In this document: positions 51,451-64,000 of the stretch, piece after piece
Layout: each line of letters starts with the position of its first letter
How positions within the stretch are numbered: position 1 is the stretch's first letter
From: Felis catus
Taxonomy: Eukaryota
Length of the DNA: 64,000 nt
Assembly: GCF_018350175.1 (NCBI RefSeq)
Contig: NC_058369.1
Span: 7,008,001-7,072,000 of the forward strand
Direction of reading: 5' to 3'
Position numbers and translations under genes: made by a program
The notes under the pieces: model-generated
What the model was told of the DNA's origin: nothing
Databases searched by the model: none
Seen by the model: the letters and a program-made list of their open reading frames with translations, nothing else

Positions 51451-51855
51451 GGAGATGTGTTGAGTTACAATTTGGCAATGACTGCTTGACAAGGCCTTGA
51501 GCTGGAAGGTGGAAGGTCTGTCACAGCACTCCTTGCTGATTTTCAGTGGATATTATCACCTCATGATCCTGTCTCATGTAAAGATAAGGCTGCACTAGAC
51601 AGGTGTGCTTGGGCCACAAGTTACGGAAGAGAATTCTCTGATTCATCTGAACATAGCTGAGAGGCGGGTCAATTGGGCACTGGTACAACTAAACACTGGG
51701 GCTCAAACACCATGAGGATTTCCTTTCAGACTATCGGCTTTATTTTCTCAAACTGGCTACTTTCAAGTGGAAACAGACATGGAGACCAGCAGTTCTCACC
51801 TCTCACACCTCATAGCTGCATTTTTCAGAACTGGAATTACTTTCGTTACTCAGAT

Positions 51856-51856
51856 A

Positions 51857-51903
<47 letters not shown>

Positions 51904-51954
51904 GAAGGAAGGAAGGAAGGAAGGAAGGAAGGAAGGAAGGAAGGAAGGAAGGAA

Positions 51955-52028
<74 letters not shown>

Positions 52029-52030
52029 AA
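51856..52030. repeat. Compound (GAAA)n(GGAA)n(GAAA)n tetranucleotide STR
   Basis: Seen directly; about 175 bp of pure purine. Confidence 0.97.
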
Positions 52031-52484
52031 ATCCCAGGAAACAATTCTAATCCGCACAAATATGTTCTCTTTCCACCTTGGGTCAATCAACTGGGGTCAG
52101 GAAACAATGTTACTAGGAGCCCCTTTAGAACATTTATTTGTTTACTGATTTTTTACTGTGTCAGTCATATTTTAGGCTCAACTACCACAAGGATAAACAG
52201 GTACAGGTGTATGGGGAGAACGTGTTGTCACAATAAAAACCGTGTTCTTAATAAACCTCAATGAGTACGTTACATTGTGAAGAAGGTGAATGCACGTCTT
52301 GTGGAATGCCCCGAACAGATGGAAAGTTTAATACAAAGCCCTTAAGGTGGGAGGTTGCCCGGGGAGGACATGGCTGGAGGAGTGATGGAGCCATAGTGCA
52401 AGAGAAGGACAGGTATCCAGGGCTGATTAGCTGAGGCTTTCCCTGCCTTTCAAGGACTTTCGCCTTTATTTGTTCTGAGTGATG

Positions 52485-52800
52485 TTGTTACAGGAGGGTG
52501 GGAGAGGTGCTGGTCCTTGTCTCACGGAGTCGAAGAATGAATCTGTGGACAACAGAGCAAAGTGATAGAATTTACCCAGAGAAAGTGTGGGGTCCCAATT
52601 GGGTTGCCACTGAGGATTTCTGTCCCTGGCTTTTTATTGGGACCTTATCAGAAAGTTTGTGAGAATCCACGCATGTCGCCTAGCCTGGGCAGTTCTGGAA
52701 CAAGTTTACCTTATCCTCTCTCTTCCCCCTGAACTTCACTGCCACTGCTGCTTCTTCAGCCTCCCATTTGTAGCTGCATCCTGCCTCCCTGATGGTCCCT
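52485..52800. mobile_element. Probable ERV LTR fragment
   Basis: TGTTACAGGA..GTCCTTGTCTCACGGAGTCGAAGAATGAATCTGTGGACA opening is typical of an LTR; family not determined. Confidence 0.45.
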
Positions 52801-53658
52801 TATCTCTCCATGCCTATCGTAACCCTTTCCCTATTCGATGTGAGGAGTCATAGCAGGGTTTGGGGCAGACAAAGGACACTATATGACATGATTTCACAGA
52901 TCATTCCAGCTGCCTGGTTGAGAGTGGATTGCAGGGTGTGAGAAAGTCTGCTTGGAGATGACTGCAGTAAACCAGGTGAAATATGTATAGTTAGCTAGGA
53001 GCAGGGAGGTGACAGTGTGTTGAGAAGTGCTCCCTGGAACTATGATTAGAAGGAAGAGCCAAGATGATTTGTTGTCAGTCAGGATACGGGGATGAGATAA
53101 AGAGGAGCCAAGATGGGTTTCAGGGTTTGGGGCCTGAACAATGAAAGAACGGAAGTGTATCCATCGAGACAGGGAGGGCTGTGGATGGAGCATATTTGGA
53201 AGAAAAGTGGACGTCAGAAGTTCAAGTTTTGAAAGTTGAGAATTTCAAAATGGAGACGTTGCGAATGGATACATTTTATATGATTCAACTCATATGAGGT
53301 ACCAAGAGGAGTCAAACTCACAGAGACACAAAGTAAAATGGTGGTTGCCAGGGGCTGGAAGAAGGGAGGAGATAGAGGGTTAGTGTCAACGGGGACAGAG
53401 TTTCAATTTGGGAGGATGAAAACATTCTGGAGAGATATGGATGCCAAGTGCACAGAATGTACACTTGAAGATAATCAAAATGGTACATCTTATGTCATTT
53501 AAATCTAACCACAATGCAAAACGTCAAGCAGCCTAAGACAAAAATGAAAAATCGAGATTTGTTTTACATAACATTTCAATATCATTAAATAATAAAGAGA
53601 ATGGTTGAGATTTTTTTTAGATAAAAATTTTAATATTACTTCTCAACACTTGTCTAGA

Positions 53659-53842
53659 CCAGGGTTTCTCAGTTTCCACAATATTGACATTTTTGGTCTG
53701 ATTATTTGTTATGGGGGACTGTTCTGTATATCACATGATGTTCAACAGCATCCCTGGCCTTCAGCCACGAGATGCCAGCACTGTGTTGGGATAACCAGAA
53801 ATTGTTCCAGAAGGGTCAAAAGCAGCCCCATGGAGAACACTG
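53659..53842 (-). mobile_element. MER20 (reverse orientation)
   Basis: CAGGGTTTCTCA..ATATTGACATTTT..CAGCATCCCTGGCCT..GATGCCAGCA. Confidence 0.7.
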
Positions 53843-54639
53843 GAGCAAAACCATTCCCTGAGTGCAGAAGTTGATGCTGTTAGCTTTCAAAGAGATGGGA
53901 TAAGAGAAAAGCAACATTTTAGGGAGGAGAAAATATCTTGGGAAGATGTTGAAGGGCCTGCAGAGCACCCCATAGGCACTATTATCTTGGAGGTGAAATG
54001 TACTGGTCTGGCGATCATGGGTTTGCAGGGATGGTGGTACAGACCAACTACTTGTAAGGGAAGAATGAGAAGATTCTGCTGTGAATGTCAGGAGTTAGAC
54101 AAGCTGTTGCCTGGCTGAATCCTGCCCATAACCCTTAGTTCTCAGGTACACCGTCTCCACCAGATATATGCTCTCATGGACACTCTGCCATCCACCACAT
54201 TCACCACTAGTGTTATTAAATAGTTATTTGTATGATTATTTTATGAATGGCTGCCTCTTAAAAACGTCCACCTGAACTTTGAATCCCCTCCCCTTCTAAA
54301 TTTTGGGGGGAGCTTATGCTTCATTTATCTTTTTTATCCTGTGTATTCCAATGTCTGGGTGCAATGTTGGAATTTCCAATAGAAATAAAATAGAATTCTG
54401 CAGAAAAGAAATAAAACTCAAGACACCTGGGTGGCTCAGTCACTTAAGGCTCTTGATTTCTGCTCAGGTCATGATCTTGTGGTTCACGGGTTCAAGTCCC
54501 ACGTTGGGCTTTATGCTGACAGTGTACATCCCACTTGGGATTCTATCTCTCCCTCTCTCTCTCTGTTCCTCCCCCATTCGTGCTCTCTCTCTCTCTCTTT
54601 CAAAATAAATAAATACGTTTAAAAAATAGTAAATTCTTA

Positions 54640-55200
54640 AGATCCATTAGTTCCAGGTATATGCCCCCTAAAATTTAAGGCAGAAACTCAAATAGATTCT
54701 TGCTGAAGTTCATCCCAGCATTAACCACAATAGCCGAAGGATGAAAACAGATGAATAGATAAACAAAAGTGGATATATACATACAATGAAATATTATTCA
54801 GCCTTAAGGAATGAAATTCTGATACATGGTGCAACATGGTTGAATCTTGAAAACATGCTAAGTGAGATAAGTCAGACACAAAAGGATAAGCACTTTATGA
54901 GTCCACTTATATGAGGTACCTAGAACGGGCAAAGTCATAGAGGCAGAAAGTAGAATAGGGGTTTTCAATGGTTGGGAGAGGGGGAATGTGGAATTTGTTT
55001 AACGGGGACAGTGTACTCTTGGAAATGATGACAAAGTTCTGGAAATGGATAGTGGTGATGGTTGTACAACATTGTGAATGTTCTTAATGCTACAGACTTG
55101 CACACTTAAAAATTCTTAAGATAGAAAATGTTATTATATATATATATTGTGGAGATATATATCTATCTGTACCTATATATTTGTATCTATCTCTACAATA
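54640..55200 (+). mobile_element. L1MB-like 3' end
   Basis: GAATCTTGAAAACATGCTAAGTGAGATAAGTCAGACACAAAAGGA..GGATAGTGGTGATGGTTGTACAACATTGTGAATG. A related piece lies at 53270-53520. Confidence 0.8.
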
Positions 55201-56000
55201 AAATATAAATAAAAATTAAAGTAAAATTGTTGTAAATTTTTTTCAAAGTACATTCTCAGCCTCTTCCCCTGGAGATATTGACTATGTATGTCTGGAATAA
55301 GGTGGAAAGTTATACATTAACAAGAGCCCAAGGTGATACTTTTGATAAAGCTTACATTTTGAAACTACCCTAGGGCAACTATTCTCAAAATAGTGTCCTA
55401 GAGACCAGCAAAATTTAGAGGTTGTGAAAAATCCAAATTATCAGGCCCAAAACCAGACATATTGAGACAGAAACTTGGAGATGGAACTCAGAAATCTATT
55501 TAAATAAAAGGGGCACCTGGGTGGCACAGTTAAGAGTCTGACTCTCCATCTCAGCTCAGGTCATGATCTTGCAGTTTGTGAGTTCAAGCCCCACAATGGG
55601 CTCTGTGCTAATAGTGTAGAGCCTACTTGGGATTCTGTCTCTCCTTCTCTCTGCCCCTCCTCTGCTTGTTCTCTCTCTCTCTCTGTCTCTCCGAAAAAAT
55701 AAATAAACTTAAAAATAAAATAAATTAAAAATAAATCTAGTTAAACAAATATTCAAGGTCATCCGGGCACAGGCCAGAAGTTTGAGAACCATTACCCAGG
55801 CGACTCCTGGGATCCTTCATTACTCAGCCATCTGCCTGATGTGAATACTACAAGTCAGTTGTCTTCAGGAGGAGATCTAAGAAACACTGGAAAAATTCTT
55901 CCCAGAGAAAAGGGACCCAGAAGAGAGGTGTCACAGCTGGCCCCACTGTTACTCTCCTAGGGATAAGGAATTGGCAGGTCAGAGACCCTTTCCTGTGTGG

Positions 56001-56092
56001 TCCCTGCCTATCAGGAGTCAAATTGATCAGGGAATGGAAAATCCATTGATCAATTTGTCTAACAAGCTTCACAGGGGATTCAGTCCCCAGGG
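56001..56092 (+). promoter_or_regulatory. Diverged homologous promoter of the 61606 OR
   Basis: Gapless alignment to 24301-24392 (53/92 identities counted by hand). The HD site reads ATTTGTCTAACAAG (56053-56066). The downstream TCCCCAGGG site (56084) is retained. Confidence 0.55.
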
Positions 56093-58033
56093 CCACCAAA
56101 CCTGTAACATATCAACTTATAGTCCCCAAGGCCCATGTATCACTCCCAATATACCCATGCCTTTGCCAGGAAAAATCAGACACACCCTGCATTACATGCC
56201 TGGCTCTGTATCCCTTCTCTTTGGGGAAACAAATGTTTCTTCATTGCCTACCCTCCATGGGAGAACAAGACGCAGGGGAGTCGGTCCCAGTGGTGAGCCC
56301 ACATTGCCAAGCATGCATAGCCCAGTAAGTGTTGTGGGAAATAGAGAAAAGAGGTGGTTGGGTAGAAAGGGCATTGACTACTATTAAGCATGTGGCAGGG
56401 ACACCCCCATGGTATCCATGCAGGAGGAGCTCTAGGGGCCAATTTTTGGGGAGGGTGAATGGCTACCCTACCATTGTTAGTGAGCTTTTACTTTGCTTGC
56501 ATGTTATTTGGGTGGATGGTTGATGGAGATTATAGGGTTGAGGAGGAAGAGTTAAGCAGCCAGTCTGCTCTTGGATACCACAGCACTATCCAGGACCACA
56601 CCGTGTAATGGCACAGTTACCAGTCGGAAGTGCACAAATGGATGCCCCCAGGTACTGATAGATTATTAGGTCTTTGACTATGCAATATGGATCTTCTCTT
56701 ATTCTTTACTCCTATCGCCTGGCCCCAAAACTCCAGAGACTTCACCCTCACTCAGACCAGATAAATCCTTTCTGAATCCTTCTTTACCACCTTCATTTGC
56801 TGGGGAACATACCCTGTTTCTCCATTAAGGACCTGTCCCTCCTCTTCCTTCTTCACCTTCATCTGTGGTCCTCATAGAGATATTCAAGAGTGAAGAGTCT
56901 GTGTTCCCTGGTATCTAGGGCTGCAGTGTATAAAGACGTGGGCAGGATGGATGTGGGAGGAAGAGCAAAGCACACAGGAAGGTCCAATGTCCAGTCCCCT
57001 CTTGACACCCTCCCCTTCAGCTCTGGAAACACTCTGGAAGACACTGATTTCACATATCACTTCCTCATAGTTTCCCTTGATTCCTCTTGGGTGTCAAGTC
57101 TCACCCTTATCTAGAAACACGGAATCATTAGTAAGACATGGGGACAATTTATTCACCTCTTCATCTTTGTTCCTCTTCCCTAAAATTGGTGACGTGGTCC
57201 CTTCAACTTTAATGATGTGAGTATTCCCAACCCCATTCCCTTTGACCCTAGTTTGCCTGCCTTAAATCTATCTTTCACTCAGGCACCAGGGAAAATCGTG
57301 ATATGGATCATGTTACTCCTTTAGTCACAGTGCTTACATAGCCCCTATCCTTTTATCCAGTTTTTTTCAAGGTTCCCAGAGATGTGGCCCCCACTCATCT
57401 CGTCAACCTCATTCTGCACCATTTCCATGTCCCACTTTGTGTTGTAACAAATTGCTAAGAGCACACTGTCCCATGCAGCTTTTTCCTTATGGGCCTTTTT
57501 CCTTGCAGCCTTCTCTGCCAGAAAAGCCCGTGCTCAGTCATCAACCTAGACAACTCCTTGCCCATGGATCTGTTCCTCCAGGAATCCTTCCTTGACCGCA
57601 TCACTTCAGGCTGTATTTGTGGTTCCTTTCTCTACTTCACTCTGAAGACTGCATTTACCTTAGCTTTTAAGTCACTGTATTATGATGACTGGTTTCTCTA
57701 TCCACCACTACCCCTGAAAGGCAGACTCCCTCAAGACAAAACCACACCATTAATCTTTGTACCCCCAACAGCTAACACTTAGCCTGTCCCAAAGTAATCC
57801 TTCTTGCAGAATGGCTTCCAGGACTTTTTCAGTGACTAACAGCCTAGTTCCATTCTTCTCTACATCCTGCCTGGCTCAACAAAATTGCCCACTAACACTA
57901 GATCCTAGAAACAGAATAGAAACAGAAGACCAACGTGTATTTGGTGCATGAATAAAGGGGAAAGTATAAATGACAAATGGTTGTATCTTTCACCTCTAAT
58001 TTCTAAGCTCTCGTCCCGAGATAAAATGTTTCT

Positions 58034-58044
58034 TACTTTCTTTC

Positions 58045-58090
<46 letters not shown>

Positions 58091-59487
58091 GCTGATCAGA
58101 AATCTTTATTTTTTAATATGAAATTTATTGTCAAATTGGTTTACATAAAACACCCAGTGCTCATCCCAACAGGTGCCCTCCTCAATGCCCATCACCCACC
58201 ATTCCCTCCCTCCCACCCCCCATCAACCTTCAGTTTATTATCAGTTTTGAAGAGTCTCTTATGTTTTGGCTCCCTCCCTCTCTAACTTTTTTTCCTTCCC
58301 CCCCCCCCATGGTCTTCTGTTAAGTTTCTTAGGATCCACATTAGAGTGAAAACATATGGTATCTTTCTCCATATGACTTATTTCACTTAGCATAACCCTC
58401 TCCATTTCCATCCATTCTTTTGTTGCTACAAAAGGCCAGATTTCATTCTTTCTCATTGCCAAGTAGTATTCCATTGTGAATATAAACCCCAATTTCTTTA
58501 TTCATTCATCAGTTGATGGACATTTAGGCTCTTTCCATCATTTGGCTATTGTTGAAAGTGCTGCTATAAACATTGGGTACAAGTGCCCCTATGCATCAGC
58601 ACTCCTATATCCCTTGGGTAAATTCCTAGCAGTGCTATTTCTGGGTAATAGGGTAGATCTATTTTTAAATTTTTGAGGAACCTCCACACTGTTTTCCAGA
58701 GTGGCTGCACCAGTTTGCATTCCCACCAACCGTACAAGAGGGTTCCCGTTTCTCCACATCCTCTCCAGCATCTATAGTCTCCTGATTTGTTCATTTTAGC
58801 CACTCTGACTGGCATGATATCTCAGTGTGGTTTTGATTTGTATTTTCCTGATGAGGACTGACGTTGAGCATCTTTTCATGTGCCTGTTGGCCATCTGGAT
58901 GTCTTCTTTAGAGAAGTGCCTATTCACATCTTCTGTCCATTTCTTCACTGGATTATTTGCTTTTTGGGCGTGGAGTTTGGTGAGTTCTTTATAGATTTCG
59001 GATACTAGCCCTTTGTCTGATATGTCATTTGCAAATATCTTTTCCCATTCTGTTGGATGCCTTTTAGTTTTGTTGATTGTTTCCTTTGTAGTGCAGAAGC
59101 TTTTTATCTTGATGAGGTCCCAATAGTTCATTTTTGTTTTTAATTCCCTTGCCTTTGGAGATGTGTCAAGTAAGAAATTGCTGCAGCTGAGGCCACAGTG
59201 GTTTCTTCCTGCTTTCTCCTCTTGGGTTATGATGGTTTCCTGTCTCATATTCAGGTCCTTTACCCATTTTGAGTTTATTTTTGTGAATGGTGTAAGAAAA
59301 TGGTCTAGTTTCATTCTTCTGTATGTTGCTGTCCAGTTCTCCCAGCACCATTTGTTAAAGAGGCTGTCTTTTTTCTACTGGATAGTCTTTCCTGCTTTGT
59401 CAAAGATTAGTTGGCCATACTTTTGTGGGTCCAATTCTGGAGTCTCTGTTCTATTCCACTGGTCTATGTGTCTGTTTTTGTGCCATA
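58034..59487 (-). mobile_element. 5'-truncated felid L1 with (AAAG)n tail
   Basis: ORF2 C-terminal peptides ([46 protein letters not shown]). Perfect 15-bp TSD AGATAAAATGTTTCT at 58019-58033 and 59488-59502. Confidence 0.95.
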
Positions 59488-61605
59488 AGATAAAATGTTT
59501 CTAATCTATAAGAAACTCTTTCTTAGGATGAATGTGATAATTCATCATTTCATGACCCGCTTGAATCATAATCCAGTCCCTCTAAGATATGGCTTTACTG
59601 AATTCTAATGCTTTTGATGATGTTGACACACAGCACCCAGGGAATATCCAGAATTGTGGGCATTACCTGTGTACTCTGATCTTCTGCTCAAAACAGATCA
59701 GAATGCAAGGGAGCAAGCTACATCTATTAAAAGTCAAGGAAAATTTTTACAAACTATCATGCTTTAAAGATGAGTCGTGACCTTCTGTTTCGAATACCTC
59801 TCACCTGACCAGAAGCCACCAGAGGTGATTGCAAACTGCCCACCTACCAAGGGTCAGAACAAAGACGTTCATTCATACTTAAACAATTTGCCTACAACGT
59901 GACCATCTTTATCATTCCAGAGACACTCTTTGCTTTGGGGTTTTTGTGTTTGTTTTTTTTAGGTAAAATTGGTATGTAATATTATATTAGCTTAAGGTAT
60001 ATGACATAATGATTCATCACATTGCACAGATAATATTTGACATATTACCACAATAGGTCTAGTTAACATCTGCCACCACACATAGTTACAAAAAATTTTT
60101 TTCTGGTGATGAGAAATTATATGATCTATTTCCTTCTTTTTTAAATTTTTTTTATTTATTTTTGAGAAACAGTGCATTAGTCAGGGAGGAGCAGAGAGAG
60201 AGGGAGACAGAGAATCTGAAGCAGGCTCCAGGCTCCAAGCTGTCAGTACAGAGCCAGATACAGGACTGGAACTCACAAACTGCGAGATCATGACCTGAGC
60301 TGAAGTCAGACACTTATCCGACTGAGCCACCCAGGTGCCCCTATAAGGTCTATTTTCTTAGCAACTCTCAAATATACCATATAATATTATTAACTGTATT
60401 CATACTGCACATTATACCTCATGGTTTATTTGTTTTATAACTGGAAGTTAGTACCTTTTGACCACCTTCACCTATTTCAGCCACCCCTTCCCTGCTACTT
60501 TGGTTTTTATACCTAAGAGGACGGACAGGGATGACAGTCAATGGTGGCTTTTTCCCTTTGTAGTTAGGGGCATTACAGAATAGTAGTTGTGCAAAAATAC
60601 TTCTAACGAGACAAAATACAACACTGAAGATCATTTTATGATTTTATGCTGTTCAGCATCCTGGGTTATAGGACCCCTTCCTCTATATCTGGGTACAGGA
60701 CCTCAGGACCTGAAACAAAGAGAGTAGGAGAGTAGGTGGGCTCCTCTTCTTCCCAGCCTCATTGAATCATCACCTGAATATGAGTGCCACATCTGACTCT
60801 CATTTTTTGGGGCTCCTATGTCAACATCCTGGAGCAGTTTCTATGCTTCCTCAGGTATTTCATGAGCACCACAGAGGATATGACTAAAATTCTATTTGTG
60901 ACCTTTGTAGTATATCATGGTACTGAAATAGTGCAAATGTTAATATGCATTTTTTGCTTGAACGTATACCATCGGGATGAAGAGCATTTTGTCAAGCAAC
61001 AAATGTCCAGGAAGCATCTGGCCCTGTTCCTGCAGGATGTTGATGGCCCCTGGTACACTAAGCATTAAGAATCTGTTCATGTGATTTATCATTTTGTGAA
61101 AACATTTTCTTTTTCTTCCTTTTTTTTCTTCTTGAGGAGTAAACCTACATTCTACTCATCCTGCAATAGTCTGTCCAGACACGTGAGATACCCTCAAATT
61201 TTCTCACCTCTGAGACATAGTTATCTGACCCTTTTTTGAGTCCCACACAAGGCAGATAATCCACATTAAGTTACTGCGGTTCACCAGACCTCATGTTGCT
61301 CATTTGTGTTAGAATGAGTTTGGATCATGTTATGGCTAATGTCCAAAGTTGTTCTTAACTTTTTAGATTTGGTGATTCTAAATAAAGAGGATAAATGAGG
61401 GCCCCAAAGGCCAATGGACAGGGATTGATCAACATTATTAAATGTTGCACATAAAACAGAATATAGGATGTCTAAATTCTGTAATGTTAAGGCTTTTATG
61501 CCCAATGCTTCATTTCAAGAAATAAAAAAGTAGACTCTAGAGTTTGTCTAGTGTCTATTTCATGTGCATTCCCTTCTTCAATCATCTAGCTGATGTGTTG
61601 ACAAT

Positions 61606-62538
61606 ATGGAACCAAGAAATCAAACGAGTGTTTCAGAATTTTTACTCCTGGGATTTTCCCAAGACTCAGAGCATCAACCCATTCTATTTGGGCTATTCCT
61701 GTCCATGTACCTGGTCACTGTGCTCGGGAATCTGCTCATCATCCTGGCTGTCAGCTCTGACTCTCACCTCCACACCCCCATGTACTTCTTCCTCTCCAAC
61801 TTGTCCTTTGCTGACATCTGCTTCACCTCCACCACCGTCCCTAAGATGCTGGTGAACATCCAAACACAGAGCAAATCCATCACCTATGCAGGCTGCATCG
61901 CCCAGATGTATTTTTTCATGGTTTTTGGATGTATGGACACTTTTCTCCTCACTGTGATGGCCTATGACCGGTTTGTAGCCATCTGTCACCCCTTGCACTA
62001 CACAGTCATCATGAACCCGTGGCTCTGTGGCCTCCTGGTTCTTGTGTCCTTGTTCATCAGCTTGTCATACTCCCTGATCCAGAGTCTCTTAATGTTGCGG
62101 CTGTCCTTCTGCACCAACTGGGTAATTCCACACTTTTACTGTGAACTTACTCAGGCCCTCATGCTTGCCTGCTCAGACACATTGGTCAATCACATCCTGC
62201 AATACATTGTGACTGGCCTTCTTGGCATTGTTCCCTTCTCAGGGATCCTTTTCTCCTATAGCCGAATTGCCTCCTTAATCCTGAGAATCCCATCAGCTAA
62301 TGGGAAGTATAAGACATTTTCCACCTGTGCATCTCACTTGTCTGTGGTTTCTTTGTTCTATGGGACAGGGCTTGGTGTGTATCTCAGTTCTGATGCATCT
62401 TCCTGGAGGGGCATGATTGCCTCATTGATGTACACCATGGTCACCCCAATGCTGAATCCTTTCATCTACAGCCTGCGGAACAGGGACATCAAGAGGGCTT
62501 TACAAAAAGTTCTCAGGATCACACTCTATGTTCAGTGA
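61606..62538 (+). CDS. Olfactory receptor, family 7 (310 aa)
   Basis: MEPRNQT start; [29 protein letters not shown](T)[19 protein letters not shown]. Acceptor TTCCCTTCTTCAATCATCTAG (AG 61588-61589) lies 16 nt before the ATG. Confidence 0.95.
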   Translation: MEPRNQTSVSEFLLLGFSQDSEHQPILFGLFLSMYLVTVLGNLLIILAVSSDSHLHTPMYFFLSNLSFADICFTSTTVPKMLVNIQTQSKSITYAGCIAQMYFFMVFGCMDTFLLTVMAYDRFVAICHPLHYTVIMNPWLCGLLVLVSLFISLSYSLIQSLLMLRLSFCTNWVIPHFYCELTQALMLACSDTLVNHILQYIVTGLLGIVPFSGILFSYSRIASLILRIPSANGKYKTFSTCASHLSVVSLFYGTGLGVYLSSDASSWRGMIASLMYTMVTPMLNPFIYSLRNRDIKRALQKVLRITLYVQ

Positions 62539-64000
62539 TGGGAACACTAGTCCTGGGTTTTTGAGCTGACAGTGGTAGCAGCAGGTGGCTGCTAAAGAAA
62601 TCCTACCTCCTAATCGCACTGAGTTGTCCTTCTCACCCGTCCTCCATAAGTAAGTGACGTTGCCCAGAGCTGCCTTGCGAGTACTTTTTCTAGGTACTTT
62701 AACCTCTTATGTTGACTACTCTGTTATCCTCAGTTCTACCCTCTGCGTCCCCTCCTTCCACTTTCTTATTACTGCACCTCCCCTTGGATTTCCAGTCCTG
62801 TGGCCACTTATGCTACTACCAGTTCAGAACAGTTGCATGAGGATTATGAAAAGTAGTGCATTTTATCAATAACCATTGTTAGTTCTTATTAACTAAGCGC
62901 CTTTGGTGTGCTAGGCTGCAAGAGATGTCTGGAAAACAGCACTGAAGGAAAAAAAAAAACAGAAAAAAATATTTGCCCTAATAGAGCATAAATCCAGGAT
63001 CTCAGAGTTTCTGATCACATTATGTGTACAAACAGAATATTCACTGATGGATTAATTATTTGGCTGTTAGCAAGGTTGAACGTTTCTCCAAATGTTTATT
63101 GAGTGCACTTCCAAAATAAGCTATAAAAATATATCACTAAATGCATAAAAACTTCTGGGTCCAGAGTATGAGAATTGACCAGGCTCTGATACATCATTTG
63201 GTTTAGTTGCCTTGTTGTGCAGGTGAATTTACCCAGGGCCCAACACAGGAGCACACACAGTGATAAAATCCGTGTGAAAGGAAACATGTCTTTAAGTATG
63301 ATGTCAATTACTGGATTACAATTCAGGAGAGTAAGGACAGAATCACAGAATCACTGCTCTCTAGGTATGTGATTCTGGGCAGCTTCAGCTGAGGTAGAGT
63401 ATGTTAGGACCAGTGGATCTTCTGGTAAATGTTTGTTTTCATATCTTCTTCACCATAAAGCAATTGGATAATGTGTTAAGTCTTGGGATGGTGGTGTTTG
63501 CCAAGGCACTGCAACAGGAAAGGCAAACATAAACACAAAAATATCCGTCCTGATAAAGATGAGTTGCTGACCACTCCAGGATGGAAGGAGTCTGACAGAA
63601 TCTACTTTCCATCAAGTGGAGTCTTCAAGGGATAGCACCATTTTGAAAAACTATTTATGGATTTCCAAAAGGGGGACCCACCTCCCCCTTAATTTCTTTT
63701 AGGCTTTGTGTCTAAAAACAGATTTCATCTAGAAACTGGGAAAAGAATCAGGATATTCGATTGTGGTAGCCGACATCTGATAATTGCAGACTTGCTTTTT
63801 ATATTTTGGGTTATCTAAGTCAACTGATACTCTTGATGTCTGCTCATCTATGATCTGTTACCACCACCACAGGTCTCTGTGGCTCATGGATCCCAGTCAC
63901 CATTCTGGATTTGTTGCTCAATCACCCATGGTTAAGACTATTGCCATTTAAGTTTAGAACTCAAGATATTTGTGGATGTAGTTTAGAACTTCTGTCCAGG

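Larger units (their letters stand above)
1512..60341. mobile_element. Roughly 45-50 dispersed tRNA-derived Can-SINEs (SINEC_Fc-type and older SINEC) on both strands
   Basis: Repeated GGGGCRCCTGGGTGGCTCAGTCGGTTAAGC..(CT)n..AATAAA-poly(A) units, e.g. 1512, 2085, 5640, 5905, 14350, 14612, 15387, 20104, 20859, 22002, 23192, 26085, 28078, 30425, 34770, 35860, 37665, 38040, 41860, 42511, 46990, 54420, 55509, 60135. Confidence 0.95.

Noticed and set aside
51673..52264. Lys/Glu/Arg-rich and Ser/Phe/Leu-rich ORFs (also 33455-33678, 36907-37244, 38306-38705)
   Set aside because: Translations of microsatellites and low-complexity tracts.
59815..59829. CTCF-like GCCACCAGAGGTGAT
   Set aside because: Mismatches in the 3' GGC core; too weak on its own.
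61105..61186. Possible 5'UTR micro-exon (long pyrimidine tract ... GTGAGA)
   Set aside because: The acceptor would be a disfavoured GAG and the donor is weak.
1..64000. CRISPR array, prokaryotic operon or novel protein-coding system
   Set aside because: Mammalian repeat-rich DNA with no repeat-spacer array. The long ORFs I could assign are OR, L1, SINE, RPL23A or simple repeats; the remaining short ORFs show no recognisable domains.

Overview
Mammalian genomic DNA from a felid (dense Can-SINEs of the cat SINEC_Fc type, plus carnivore L1 3' ends). It is part of a class II olfactory receptor family-7 cluster. Four OR coding exons are intact: 13120-12182 (-), 28947-29885 (+, OR7D2-like), 43677-44615 (+, OR7D4-like, the androstenone receptor orthologue) and 61606-62538 (+). 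There is also one truncated OR pseudogene (35054-35435) and an RPL23A processed pseudogene with target-site duplication just downstream of the OR7D4-like gene. The rest is mostly repeats: roughly 45-50 SINEs, L1, L2, MIR, MLT/ERV-L and MER. The most notable non-genic signal is a homologous promoter module 1.4-6.3 kb upstream of every OR locus: an O/E (EBF)-like site, a 36-bp spacer, then ATTTATTTAATGAG. It is intact for three genes, split by SINEs in the pseudogene, and degenerate for the fourth gene. A candidate homeodomain+EBF enhancer lies near 6.5 kb. I see no new protein family. Repeat subfamily names and human orthologue comparisons come from memory and were not verified by search; many repeat boundaries are approximate.
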